The notes below the pieces were generated by a model that was not told the origin of the DNA, did no database searches, and saw nothing but the letters and a program-made list of their open reading frames with translations. A program made the translations under genes and the position numbers. This document shows positions 43,156 through 59,552 of a stretch of 64,000 bases of DNA, piece by piece. Every line of letters begins with the position of its first letter. Within the stretch, counting starts at the first letter, position 1. The DNA is from Vermamoeba vermiformis (lineage: Eukaryota): positions 372,001 to 436,000 of the forward strand of contig JBEWZL010000209.1 of the NCBI GenBank assembly GCA_045837725.1, given 5' to 3'.

Positions 43156-44036
43156 TTTGGTGTTCGATTCGTTCAAAAAAGATGAAAAATAACAATATAT
43201 CAAGAAGATTCGATCGCTGTCAGCTGCTAGAAATATTGTTTCGAAATTCTGTGACGTGTGAGTCGATTCCCGAAATCACATCCAAGAAACAAATCTTCGG
43301 CTTTTATTTTTTGATAGATACGCAGCTACCAACAATGATTATATGTCATTAATGTTGGATGTTAAGCACGAGAGTTTCAGACGTAAATTTGCAGCTGGAT
43401 TTCAAAAACCGAAAAGTTAACGACATCCGAGAGTCACCAAACCAAGTTATAATGATACCAATATGAAGCATAAAATTAGAGGTAATTTTTACCAAAAGAG
43501 ATTCTGTTTTGATTCGTGATTTTGAAAGTTACTCGCTCTACGTGTTATAAATTTCAGCGGAATACAATTGTTATGGTCATATTCTGATAATAATGCGTAA
43601 TAGTAATTTATATCCTTAATTTCGAGATGGTCATTTGTCAAATAAACAGACCTAGGTTGCGGATCTAACATCCCTTAAACACTCCAAAACTGCTCACAAA
43701 TTACCCAATCCGAAATTAATTGCTTATAACCGAACTATCTTTAATTATGCATATTAATGACCGTTATAATTGCCAATTGGCAGGTCGACTTAAACGGATG
43801 GATCCGGCTACAAAATCTTTCCGTACAAGGTACCTAATAATCAGCGGATGTAATTTTATCAATTGTATTCCAATCTTACGAAACATTGCAAAGAGACTAA
43901 TTGCAGTGTTCAAACTGATGTAGCAGCACCAATTGTTCGAAATAGCTCGCAAAGAGCCAACTGTCCGTTCACCTAGAAAGCAATTTTTATTTACAATATC
44001 AATTTGTTACGCGCTTAGCATCTTATCCGACTAATA

Positions 44037-46719
44037 TTAATACCCAAACGGTAAAATCGACGCTACAAAGTACGAAATAACTCCGCTGTGGATCAGTGCT
44101 ATTTCTACGGGACCGAATCGTTGCGCGAAGATAGCTGGGATAGTTATGATCGATATGAAGAGGTAGTAGGCCACGAGAGGGAACAAAAATAGTACAATGA
44201 ACGATAAGGCTCCAAAAATACGAGCTTGAGCGCCTGGTACAAAAAAAAAGAAAATTAATTTCGAAGAAAAACTGCGGTTAAAATTGCCTGTACGTACCAG
44301 CAACGGATATGACTACTATCAATAGCAATACCACGAATGCCCATAATCTACTGCCAATTATTTCAAAGGCCACACGGATCTTGAATCTAAACGATTCCAT
44401 GTTGACGTTAGATTTCTCCTCCCAGGCTTGCCAGCTGTAAAATCGAACAATCGCCACTTCATAGACCCAGCAGAAGAACATGGGGATCCATAAGATTACC
44501 ATAATCAGGTATCTGCGGTACAGATCCGAATCCAGTACGTTGAGCGATTTGAATAGTGGTGTTCCAAATCCGAACATCCAAGGCACGTGATAGAGAATAG
44601 CATTCATCACTAAAGATGGAAATAATTAGTTGATTAAACCTCGCTACTCAGTAGTCAATCAAAATACACTTTCAAACTTCACTTTTGATCTGGATCCGGA
44701 CCAAAAATTGCTGCAGAGTTACAAAGACTTACTTGTCAACCAAACAATGAGAATAGCGAATACCACCATAGTACTTTTGGCAGTTGACTGCGCGAATGGA
44801 GCTTTGATGGCTTCTTTGAACGACGATACCAAACAAACGCGCCAGTAGTACAAAAAGAACACGATCATCGCAAAGAAAAATGCGCCCCAAAGAAGAGCAT
44901 AGAATCGCACGGGCAATGGAATGAAGTTGGTAACGAGACCTGCCAAGAAGCATCCAATCCATAGTAAGTTGTGAATGACCCACCAGTACGGTCTGTATTT
45001 GAACTTGGACGAATCGAAATCTCCATCATAAACCTACGAATAACAACGTTATAATTACAAGGTTATGATTTTGTATCAAACAACAGCATCAAATTTCGAA
45101 TGACGTCACGTGTCAGCTGACACGTTCTGCAATGACACGTGTCAAAATGTCATCAGTTTTGAAATGGAAGGCAGTGTTATGTAGCCGCGTACCTTTTTGA
45201 AGAAGTGAGGGAATGAAAGTACCAGACCCAAGAGACCCCACGATATGAGACCAGCCAATCCGCTCAACATGGCCAATGGTTGAATGCCGTTATAGTTGAA
45301 ATCGTTGGCAGTGGCACCTGCTCCAAGACTAAGCAACATCCAGGTCACGGACTCTTCTATGATGCGGTGATCAATAGCTTCAAACACGTGGTTCGAAGGA
45401 CCTAAAAATATTCTTCGTGCGGAGTAACTTCCGAAATCTCCCGCAGTTGTGTCAAATTGAAGTTTTTCACCATCAGCGATGCCAGTAGTAATGTTTGAAA
45501 TCGCTGATTGAGCTGCGAGTGGATTGACCAATTCGTCATTTTTACCCACTGCAAGCAAGAAGTTTGGTGGGCTTGTCACGTTCCACGTATTACTATAGCA
45601 AAGTTTATTAGTGTCTCGTAATGGTATTATCGTAAAGGAAGTAATTTCAATGGAAAAATTTTAGCGTTTGGATCTACGACATTGCACGATTAAGAACTTA
45701 CTTGTTAAAGTTCAGATTGGCGCCAACAAGTACGACAGCCTTCAAGCCATCGGCTGGAGACAATCTACTTGCTATTTGCAATGCTGTACCTCCACCCATG
45801 GACCAGCCAATGATGCCAACTCGTGTCGGATCTACATCCGAAAACGTCGACAAATATTTTACTGCAGCAACACCATCATCACCAAGAGCTGCATTCGTTA
45901 ATAGTCCAGTACTAGCACCATGTCCTATAAATTAAAATGTCAATAAGCGTTCTATCATACTTCAAGCCTATTTTCTTCGCGTACCAGCTTGATCTATCGC
46001 CATCGCAAAAATTCCTGTTAAACAAAGATTATTTAGATACACTAACATCACTATTGATTAGACTATCAAAAGGTGCTATAATTAGTACACATTAAGTGGC
46101 ATGAGATTTCGGACTACGAACGGATCTTATTCGATTAAATATACTTAAATTGTCTGTAGCTTACCTGCATTAGCTAGTGCATGTACATATGACAGCATCC
46201 ATTCTTTAGAGGCCATAATACCTAACAACAACGTAAGAATTAAATTTACGTTGCGTAAAGCACGCGACTGCTTGTGAAACTAAAAAGATTCGACAATAAT
46301 GAAATATAGTAGTACCGTGATATATAACTACGCCTGGGAGCGTTCCGGGCGAATATTCGGTCGTTGGTCTGCCTATAACCGCTGCGATCTTGCGACCGCC
46401 TAATAAAGATTGTTAAATAAGAACAAAATGCGCATTTTCGCATATAATAATATTAATTGCACTGAATTAGAATATTTGACTCCAAAATAAATGCAAAAAA
46501 GTCATTTTTAATTTATTGTAACGGATTTGGCTATAAAAATGCACTTTACTGACCTGAATTAAATTCAACAAATTCATATTCGGTGCCGTAGCGTATCAAC
46601 CGATCATATATAACTGTGCAGGCGACGAATAGGCAAACAATTATGATTGCAGCAATCAGCCATCGTCGGTGGATGTTGGAGTCCCACGTCGCACGAAACA
46701 CCTCTTTAAATGCGCTCAT
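44037..46719 (-). CDS. Membrane-anchored alpha/beta-hydrolase with a multi-TM C-terminal domain
   Basis: N-terminal TM, PGVVIYHG, GHGAS, GIIGWSMGGG (nucleophile), GKNDE (acid), SNHVFE (His), then multiple TM helices. Confidence 0.82.
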
Positions 46720-47023
46720 ATGGTCCTCTACTTAAATAAGCGTTAAAAATGGCGTGCGAAACACACGCATTTTTGAGCACGTGCAGGGGCCAGCCACGTG
46801 GATTCCAAACGCGACAGAATGTGAATCACGCTTAAGTATCAGACCACAGCTAAACACTACCACAATTGATTTTTATGTATTTTAGATTATAACGGATAAG
46901 AGAATGTTAATACGCGGCACATAGGCAAGTGATTTTCAAACGAATCTAGTCTCAAAGTTAACTTCGCTTAGTTTTTATCAAATTTACAAAATAAACACAT
47001 AAATAATCTATTTACAATTTCCT

Positions 47024-49439
<2,416 letters not shown>

Positions 49440-50574
49440 GTTGCAGAATGATAGTGCTATGAACCAAATTAAAGTCAGATATTCCGATCCAGGAACGTTT
49501 TTCAAAGATCACACAATTTATTTTAATTGGATGAAAGCTAGAATTTGAATAGCTAAGAACCGCTAAGCACAATTTAACTTTCCCACATCAATAGCATTAT
49601 TCTAATTGAAAGAAAAATGTGTGCAGCAACGCTGGATTCGTTAGCTTACCACGTTAGCGATGAGTTGATAAGCCTAGAGCGCGTTAGGTTTTCTCAAAAA
49701 TGTACGGAAAATCTTTGCGCGAGTCGTGTTCGTCTCATTCAATTGCAATAAAAAATAACAGAGTATCTACAACTTTTGTACGATATTGTGCACCGCAATT
49801 TAATGAAAAATCGTACAAATTCCGGGACGCCGACTCCCGATTGTCAGACCGTTGACACAATGAGCTATGACAGTCGTACACTCGAATATTGCTTAGTAGC
49901 AGTCCAACTGCTGCGAAACGCTTCGTCGTCATGACAAAATGGCTTCGAATTTTCCAATTAAGGAAACTTTAGAATTTAACGCGATGTAATCCACGAATCC
50001 TTACAATTAAATTGCTGCCATATGGCATAATACAGTATTTATATCCTTTCTTGAGTGGCAATTACTTGTGTCAAAAGCTTGACAACAAAGCGGTCCGCGC
50101 AAATTAAAAATTATCTTATTGCATATTTAGAGCAACATAACTATGAAGCAGCGAGAATTTCGTTCTTATGAGTGACTGATCGCTTGACAGCTGAATCCGC
50201 AAAGCCTGGTTTGGGCTGTTTCAGTTCGAAAGAGTGTTAAATGGGCAGATTTCGATGGTGATAGCTAGCTGTATATTATTGGTAAGAGGAAAAACTTTAA
50301 CAGGATGAGGCTTCTGTTTGGTTGACTTATTATTCAATCGATTATTTAATTGAAATAATTTAAGATATTAACCAAAATTTCGGACTTTAACGTCATAAAA
50401 ACAAATCAAACTATTTATCCGATGCTATATAACAAATTGACATTTTAAATATAATACACGTACTTAGCTGATGCTATTTGCCAGATCCAGTTTGGCCTGA
50501 AAGTCAGCGTTCAGAAAACCAACTTTTCCTCTTATTCAGATAAGGTATTGGATACGATCTATTTGATCGTCAAA

Positions 50575-52152
50575 TTAATAATATTGACGCAGTTTCTCTT
50601 TCGATAGTTGGATGTAGTTAGTCATTGCGTCCGAACTGTTCATCCCTTTCAATGAATTCCAACTATTCCACTTCTTCCTTGCTTCGAACATGAACCACCA
50701 AGGCTTGGCTATAATGTTAAGGATGTAAGAAGCTGAGGAAAATTTTGCGCGTGCACGCTGGATGTGGTAACTTACTCGTCGAGTTATCGCCGTCGGTAGC
50801 TTGCTTATAATAACCGTAGAGTGCCAACAACGTGCTTTGATCAATAGAGGTCACGTATGAGGCAACGCGCGACGTCCAACGTAGAAATTTTTCCTGGATA
50901 TCGAAGCTCAGCAACGGTGTCGGAACACTGAAAAAAGCTACCAAATCATATACTAACCTCTAGTAGTACATCAACATTGTTGTTCCTTCGCTGTGTGAAT
51001 GGTTTAATGGGCGTGGTGACTTTCAGCTCTATTAGAGTGATGCGATCGTGTGGCTTCGGAACACTGGCAAACGGTCGAGTGCCGTCTAATACGAAGTTTG
51101 AATATAGAATCTCACTCACTTGGACACCACCGATCTTGATGCCTGCTGCCTATAATTATCATCGTAAGTCATATGCAAATTATAGCAAGAAAATTAGCAC
51201 GTGCGCAAGTTGGCCGGATCCGACGTACCTGTGAGAAGGCACCAGTTGGCTCTAATAATATCTTTAGGTCTTCGGGTGTCTTTGTTTTGCCGTTAAACAA
51301 GCAAAAGTGGCAAATCATGTTCAACAGGCCTCTGTTGTAGTAGAGCGGATGTACCGCAGCTGCAATAATTTCAACTACTTCTAGTGGTCTCGTCGGTTTC
51401 TTTCTCGTGGCAAAGTACTGTCCGTGCAACTGCTCGATCAAGTGGAATATTGGCAACAATACTGCGCATTCTTTCTCGAGGAACTGATCCAACTGACCAT
51501 CGTGGGTATGAAAGTAGTCAACGGGTATAATTGCTGCCACAACTTCGCCAGCTGAACAAAAAGTACGTTAAATCAGTTTGATACGATACGAGGTATTAAT
51601 ACACGGGTCAATGAACTGATTTATCCAACGGTTTTTTTTTGGATTCAGGATCTTACTTCGGACGTCTTTCACTCCTATGCTTAGTCCATTATTTGAATAG
51701 GTATCTACAACAAAATTGATGAATTTCATGGACGCCTTTTGACCTTCCAATCCTAGATGCGTGTTGAGCGGCTCGAGCGCGAATGCAGGTCCAAAAAACT
51801 CTTTCAAGTCTTGCTTGTCCGCGCTTGTTATTCTAAAACACCTAAAATACTCGGTTTCGTGGAGGAGGTTCTCTGGCGCGACGTTGGCTCGCTCAACTCG
51901 ATCTTCAATCCGCCTGAGTACATCCAACACCTGCTTCTTTTCTACGTGCGATGGAATTTCGGAAATATCAATTAATGCCGACTCTTCGACGACGTGGACT
52001 AATCTACGGCCTTGGCACTCAAGAAAGAGATTTCCTTGTAGCTGATGCGCTACGCTTTCCAACACGATCTCCAAATGTCGTTCATGCTGAGGAGCCAATT
52101 TGACAGAGATTTGTTTCTTGTGCCAGTCGAGAGTAAGTTTTATTGTTTCCAT
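50575..52152 (-). CDS. AANAT-like GNAT N-acyltransferase fused to a C-terminal acyl-CoA-binding (ACBP) domain
   Basis: FALEPLNTHLG, AAVHPLYYNRGL, EPTGAFSQ..KIG...ILYSNFVLDGTRPF, spliced in frame to LLALYGYYKQATDGD...KPWWF..ARKKWNSWNSLKGM...AMTNYI. Confidence 0.8.
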
Positions 52153-52898
52153 AATTATTATCGATGTAACAATGAGAATCTTGCGCCGAGTAAACGTAGT
52201 CCCCTCGAAATTTCATTGGTCTCATCCCCGAAAGTACCTCCATAATTACACAAGTCACGATCGTAATCGCCCCAAAGATTCTGTGTTCACAATTTACTAA
52301 CGAATATGTTATCAGTACAAAGGAAAATTCATTTGCTGCCAAATCCGTTACTTTGACGAATTCAAAATCATGTCCTGCTAAGATGTCCTGATGAAAACTT
52401 ACATGGAGCTCATGCGAAGAGTATTGTTGGTGCTATGCTCGTCTGCAAATGTACTCAAGGTAAGCCTAAGTCTTAGTTTGTTGGAGGAAACACGGATGTG
52501 ACCCTGTTGTGACAATTCGCACGTAACTTCTTTTATTTACTCGCGCAAATGTGCTTTTATTATAAATTTCATCATGACAGATGTCAAATACTGCGAGACT
52601 GTTAACGCGAATCCAGTTTTAGTCGCACTTTTTGTTTGTTTTGGAAATACCGACCCGCTTTAATACGCTCTGTTGTGTTCTATTACGCCAGTATAATCAT
52701 ATTAGTGTTACATTCTCGCTGTATTTACTGTAAGAACATTGAAATTTCATTGGATCCGCAGCTATTACGTGTGATTCCAATTAAGGGACCAAAATCTAGT
52801 CACTTTGGAAATTCTCATGTCGATGGTAAAAGTTACCAATTTTCGAACCGAACAGGTCAATCTAAATTTAAATTCGTAACGAAGTACAACAACAAATC

Positions 52899-54845
52899 AT
52901 GAGCGGATTGGATCTTGAGTTATCGAATGGGACTGGATCAACTTTTGTTGACTTGACTTCTTCAGCAAGCAACTTTATTCAAGATTACATCTTCGGTCTA
53001 AAATCCGAACCCATTTCTAGCAGCCATGATTTGAAGTACCCAAACGCTGATGAATTGCATGCGCTCGCTCAGCCCTTGGAAGCCAACAGCACGATTAACG
53101 AACGCGGCACCACTATGCAAGATATATTAGCTCATTTAGGCCAAGTAATGCAGACAGGTATTACTAAGAGCAGCCATGCTGGTCATGTTGCGTTTATCAA
53201 CGGGTACGTACAACACCGGATTTACATACTCCTAAGAAAAAAATCGTAATCTTTCAATTTCGAGTTAAATTTTATTTCCATCTGACATATGTAACTAGCG
53301 GAGTAATTTTGATAGGTTACTAATCATGTACGTTGATTATAGGGGTGGTATACTTGCCGGAGCAATTGGTGCAATGTTAGCCAGTGCTTTGCACGTTCAA
53401 ACGGGACTATGGGCCGAGTGTCCATCCATGATTGCACTCGAAGAGAGTGTCTTGCAGTGGATGGCTTCAATGATTGGCTACCCTTCTACTTCGAGTCAAG
53501 GTATCATCACGTCAGGCGGATCTACCACCTTGTTGACGGCTATGATATGTGCTCGACACCGATACTTGCCCGTGGAACTCATGGAAAAGGGCGTCATGTA
53601 CATCACTGAACAGTCTAACTGCTCCGTGCACAAATCTGCAAAGCTACTCGGACTTTCGAAACATCAGATCCGGGTAATCTCCGTCAACGAAGAGTAAGTC
53701 CCCGAACTCATAGTTAATACTTGGGTATATACTAACGTTGTCTATTAGTCATCGAATGAACCTTGAAGAGCTCGTGAACACTATTGAGAAAGATCTTGGT
53801 GAAGGTCTCAAACCCTTCATGATTGTTGGCAACGCTGGAACTACCGACACAGGTGAGATATACGTCTACTATTAGTAATATATATAGTACTAACCATCTC
53901 TTAGGTAAAATCGATGACCTTGCGGGTATCAACACTATTGCTTGTAAATACGACCTCTGGTTCCACGTGGATGCGTGCTACGGCGGATTTTTTGCGTAAG
54001 TCAAAAAACAACTTATTTCTTATTGAGAGCATATAATAACCTTCCCTATAGTCTTACTGAACGAGGTAAAGAGTTACTCAAAGGAATTGAGCTTGCGGAT
54101 TCGGTAAGTTGAAAAAGCGGTTGGATGTTGTTTCTTGAAGACTAACATTAGCTCTTAATAGGTATCGCTCGACCCTCATAAGTCATTGTTCATGCCTCTT
54201 GGCTACGGTGTCTTGCTCGTCAAAGAAGGTTCTGCGTTGCGTGAAGCGATGTCACGTCCTGGTCCCAGCCCATATTTGAGCAACATTTACCACATTACAA
54301 ACTACTGCGACTTGTCGATGGAACTTTCAAGACCTAACAGAGGCCTTCCAGTAAGTATACCAAGACAACTAGGTCTCGTGACAGCGGATCTAACCTAGTT
54401 TTGTTTGTAGCTTTGGTTCGCTTTGAAGCTTCACGGAGTCAATGCTTTTCGAACGGCGTTGCAAGAGAAGTTAGACTTGGCTAAAATGATGTGCGAACAG
54501 ATCTCGCAGATTGAAAATGTCGAAGTCATTAGCGAGCCTGAACTCACGACATTCACCTTCCGATACTACGACTCGGATCTTGGCCACTCAACACTTAATA
54601 TGCTCAATAAGACGTTAGTATCGCTCATCAATAAGCAGCAAGTCATCTTCGTCAATTCAACGATCATCAAGCAAAAGAACGTGATCCGCATCTGCGTCAT
54701 GAACCACCGAACACATATGCAGGACATTACTAATGGTGTTGAAGCTATTCGCAACGCTATTCAAGAAGTTCAATTGCTCGCTAGAAATAAGCACAGTGAT
54801 ATTCACGCGCGAGTCGACGATGCCAAGTTGGCTCACTCAGTTTGA
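52899..54845 (+). CDS. PLP-dependent group II aromatic amino-acid decarboxylase-like enzyme (bacterial-type)
   Basis: GIITSGGS, VGNAGTTDTG.IDDL, WFHVDACYGGF, DPHK (PLP Lys), ELSRPNRGLPLWFALKLHG, IRICVMNHRT. Confidence 0.92.
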
Positions 54846-54925
54846 AATTTTGATTTGTAACTGTGGTAGTTTATTTTGTACTTGTATTATTATTGTATTA
54901 TAAATGGTTAATTTTGTGTAGACAG

Positions 54926-55920
54926 TTAGAGTTGAACTTCCATTGCTTTTCTGAGATGCAAAATTGTTAGACCTTGATCCACGGATGCAGCGTTGACTGC
55001 GAAGCTAGGAACCATTCCCTATGCTCACATTAGTATTGGGTATAACTACTAGCAGCTATACGTACCTTAAGATCAGCTTGCACGACGTAGGTAACCTTGC
55101 ACTGGTTGTTGTCGGCCTTTTCAATGACATAACCACCAACTACGACAAATCTGTCAGCATCGCACTGGTAATTGCATAATCTTACTTTTAACATCACCGC
55201 GAACATAGCTCTGGTCAACTGGAGCGGCGGGGTGTTCAATGTTCGTGCAAACTGTTAATGCGAGATCTGCAGAAACAATGCGCTTGTGCTGAATAGATAC
55301 AAAATCCCTATTTGACAATGGAGTAGGCTGCAACAGAAAGGGTTAGCAGGTTTCTACGGAATTCTTTCATATTTAGCAGAGATTTTACCATTTTGTTTTG
55401 TTGGAGCACTACTTTGAAAGTATCGTTGATGACTTCAATATTTTTAATGGCAATCAAGCTCGGATCGAGAATATTTTGATATTCAAGGCTATACGCTCGC
55501 TTTAAAATATCTTCGATGGATCCCTAAACAGATCACTATTAGATCTAACGTTTCCCAGGTTAATATGACATGTGAACGTACGTTAACCAATCCTTGACCT
55601 CTTACTAAGTGGCTGCTATCATCTTTAGGGACTTTTAGTTAGTTTCGGACTACGAAGGCGTCAGATCGGATTCGCTTACATGTTTTCTTTTTAGAGACTT
55701 CTACTCCATCTTTCGTTTTGACTTGCGACCACCTAATTTTCAAAAATTAAAGACATTTTTTACTACAGAACTGAAAATGAACGCACCCCTCGTTAGAATG
55801 AGCGGCATCCAGCATAACTTGGACTTTTTGTTCGATAATTTGAGCGTAATTTTCTCTTGTTGCCATTGTAATTGTGTTATTGACTTCGATTTGATCGATA
55901 TCAGTGATCTTCGTATCCAT
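54926..55920 (-). CDS. START-domain lipid-binding protein (copy 2)
   Basis: W..VKTKDGVEVSK, PTPLSNRDFV, GGYVIE..CKVTYVVQADLKGMVP. Confidence 0.85.
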
Positions 55921-56051
55921 TTAAATGTTCCACCACGCGGACCGCATTTTGAAATTTCCTCCTTCGCATTGCGAACTTGTACACTCTGAGAATGTCGAAC
56001 TGTTATGGTGAACGGTAATATTTACTAAACTACAATACGAGGTAAGAAGGC

Positions 56052-57000
56052 TTAAGCGCTCTCCATGGCTTTTCGGAGATTGAGAACCGTGAGTCCTTGA
56101 TCTACAGATGCAGTGTTTGTAACGAAAGTAGGAACGGATCCCTAAGATCAAAGGTTATTAATAATATAATAAAATATGCGTATAAATATTGCCAAATTTA
56201 CCTTTAAGCTAACTTGAACAACGTAAGTAACTTTGCATTGAGTATCGTCAACTCGTTCGATGACATAGCCTCCAACTAAAGCAAGGTAAATACTTATCTT
56301 ATTGTATTAATACGAGTAGTACCACTTACGCATTACTTCACCACGAACGTAGTTCTTATCGACTGGAACTGAAGCGTGAGTAGTGGATGTGGCGCAAGTT
56401 ACGGCCAGATCCTTCGAAACAAGTTGTTTGTGTTGAAAAGTAACAAAATCTCGATCAGTTAATGGCGAGGGCTGGCATATGAATGAGTAAGTCTTATAGG
56501 CAATAAATTGTGGATCCGCGTACCATTTTGTTCTGTTGATAGACGACCTTGTAGCAATCTTCAAACAATTCAACTTGCTTGAACGAGGTTAAAGTAGGGT
56601 CAATAATCTTTTGATTTTCATCGCCAGCAAGTTTATTGAGGATGGACTCTACTGTCCCCTAAAAAGTCCCAAGTTAAAGTATCGTTCGATCCAGGATAGC
56701 TATGATAAAAGTTACCGGAACTAATCCTTGGCCGCGCACGAGAATATGGCTGCTATCCTCTATTTCCAAGTTGAACGTCAGATTCAGTCGACGATCTCGA
56801 TCAAAACTTTACCTGTTTTTCGCTTAGAAACATCGACACCGTCCTTCGTCTTAACATGGCTCCATCTTTTAAATAGTAAGTATACAATTATAATCATCTT
56901 TTGTTCAGAGCTCTTACCCGTCGTTGGATTGAGCGTAAGAGAGCACGAGCTTCTTTTTTTCTTCAGCGATTTGTTTGCAGTTGGCTTTAGTGATTTCCAT
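56052..57000 (-). CDS. START-domain lipid-binding protein (copy 1)
   Basis: WSHVKTKDGVDV, PSPLTDRDFV, YVRGE, GGYVIE..CKVTYVVQVSLKGSVP; own stop at 56052-56054. Confidence 0.88.
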
Positions 57001-57369
57001 TGTTACGTTGGTACTTATCGAATCTTAATAAGTGAGACTAAATATGGCTGAAGTGATGGGTGCAGATTTTCTGGTCACCTTGAAATTTACGCGGTCGAGG
57101 TGCATCGAAATTTCAAAGTCTTCCGGTCATTATTTCTCCTGCTGAGAAGACAACAACCACAAATTTGGTTAAAGCTTGCGAGATGAGTGACTACTAAATG
57201 TAATTAGTTGACATGGCAGAAAAAAGAAGGCACTAGAGCCAGATCCACGATAAATTCACATTGAGACACAACTTTCCGTCTCGTTGGTGGTATCATTGAA
57301 ATTTATAATTTTATAAAGAGATAGCTCGAAAAAGTAAGTTCTATTTACGGTCAAACTTAACGAAGTGCA

Positions 57370-59288
57370 ATGCTCGTGTTAATTTGGATTGTTTTAGCTG
57401 CCATCCTCTTGTTGGCCTATTTTCAGCAATATAATGCCGTAAGTTAATATAAGCACATTTTTAAATATTTTTAGAGAATTTTTAGACCTAGTTCAAGCTA
57501 GATGTGCACACGATCTGATCACAATTTTACTTACCTAACGTTCAGCGCCGTCAGATACCTACTATGCCCAAAATATGGCCATACATATCTTTAATAAAGA
57601 ATAAGGCATCCATGCGTCTGTTCTCGCAGTCTCTGATGAAAGAATATAATGACGCGGTCAGCTCGCAAATTTTTTGCAAATCCAGCGCTAACCAGATCTT
57701 TAGGTGTATATGGAATGGCTTGGCGGTACTACTTGCTTCCTTTTCAAACCGCAATGGATCAAACAGGTCCTTTCTGCATCGAATACTCGCGCTTTAATGA
57801 AACCAGTCGCATCCGAAGGACTCGGTAGGTTAAAAACTCACCCTTTATATATTCAACTAAATTAACATATTATATTGCAGGTATTAATGGTCTTGCTATG
57901 GTTACTGGAACGACTTGGGCGGTGCATAGAAAGCTGATCGCGCCAGCGCTTCAAGCTCGTTCACTGAAACCTTTCGAACCTATCATCGAGAGCAAAGTCC
58001 ACGTGCTGGTGAAGAGAATCGCTAATGAAATCGAAATTTCCGGAAAAGTTAGCATTAAAGAAGATCTGTACGCACTATTCAAAAAACTCAGCCTTGATAC
58101 TGTCGGAAGGATTGCTTCTGGAGAATCAATCGACTGTAAGTTATTTATATATATTTATTATTTATTAATATGATTTTTTTAGCGTTATATGATCGTCCTG
58201 ATAGTGTAGCGTTGCAAAAAGAACTCGACTTTTTGTTCGAAGAAGTTTTGAACAGATCCGTCGCTCCCATTCCTTACTGGCGTATAATGCCGTTCTTACC
58301 GTCAGCTAGACGTGTAAAATCAGGTAAATTTATTGCATAATCTTATTTATAGTCGGATCTAATTTCTGACGGATCAGTTCATAAACAACTTTGGACTATT
58401 GCCGAGCGAGCTGTCGAGCGCAAAAAAAGAGAAACTACATGCGAGGGCAAGTCTATTTTAGATATGTTATGGGAGGCTCATCTCGACAATCCTTTGGAGT
58501 TTCCTGAATCCGAAGTCGTCGAGGAAACTTTATCACTACTGTAAGCTCTTTATTATCGTTTACAAGATCGTATTATTAATGCCATATATTAGGCTTGGTG
58601 GAGCTGAGACAATTGCCAATGTTCTCGCTGCAGTGTTTTACTGTCTGGGCCAGCATCCGGAGGCCGTTACAAAGATCCGCAAAGAAATCGATGAAAAGTC
58701 TCAAGGAAAGGCTGTGCGCGTAGAAGATATTAAGCAGTATACGTACATTGATTGGGTGCTTAAAGAAGTGCTGAGAATGTATCCTGTTGCGTTTGTTGTG
58801 GATCGCATTGCGACCGAAGATATTCAACTTGGCCCGCACACAATACCTAAGGATGTAAGTAGCGTATAATACATGACGGTTATTTAATCTAACATAATGT
58901 TACTCATAGACCAAAATACTGATGCCTCCTGTCGCGATCCATTACAATCCGGAGGTTTTTTCGGATCCGTGGACTTTTAATCCAGAAAGATTTGCTAACG
59001 GCGAGCCCCAATTAGGATACTTGCCATTTGGAGGAGGGTAAGACCTATTTGATAAGAATTTACTGTCTCTAAAGCAAGATCTAACGTACGCGGTTTTTGG
59101 TTAGGCTGAGAATTTGTGTTGGCAAGACATTAAGCATGCAAATTATAATAGTTGCGATTATAGAACTCGTTAGAAGATTCAATATCTCGCACGTAACTGA
59201 AGTATCTGAAATTATGAACTCCGCCGAAGCGTTCAACCTTCGACCGCCTAATGCGAAGCTTGATATGATTGTAGAAAATGTATATTAA
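57370..59288 (+). CDS. Cytochrome P450
   Basis: N-terminal anchor, WAVHRKLI, GGAET, EVLRMYP, FNPERF, PFGGGLRICVG. Confidence 0.93.
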
Positions 59289-59552
59289 TGTAGTATAGAT
59301 TTTAAACGCGATAGATGTGTAATTTATGCATTTTAATACCACATTTTAAATTCGTCCAATGCAAGCCTTGAACTTCCCTAAGTAAGGACCGAGTTAGTTC
59401 AAATAATATTAGTAATGTTATATTATATATTAGTGGGACAGAGTGTTCATCGGCAGGAATATTTCTCAATTCTTTGAGGTCTCCTTATTTGACTTTTGGA
59501 TCACAAGACGGAACCTGAAATGTTTTCCACGTCCATTTCGTTCATTTCAACG

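Noticed and set aside
54926-57000. Single double-START protein
   Set aside because: A stop at 56052-56054 and a separate ATG at 55920 indicate two tandem genes.
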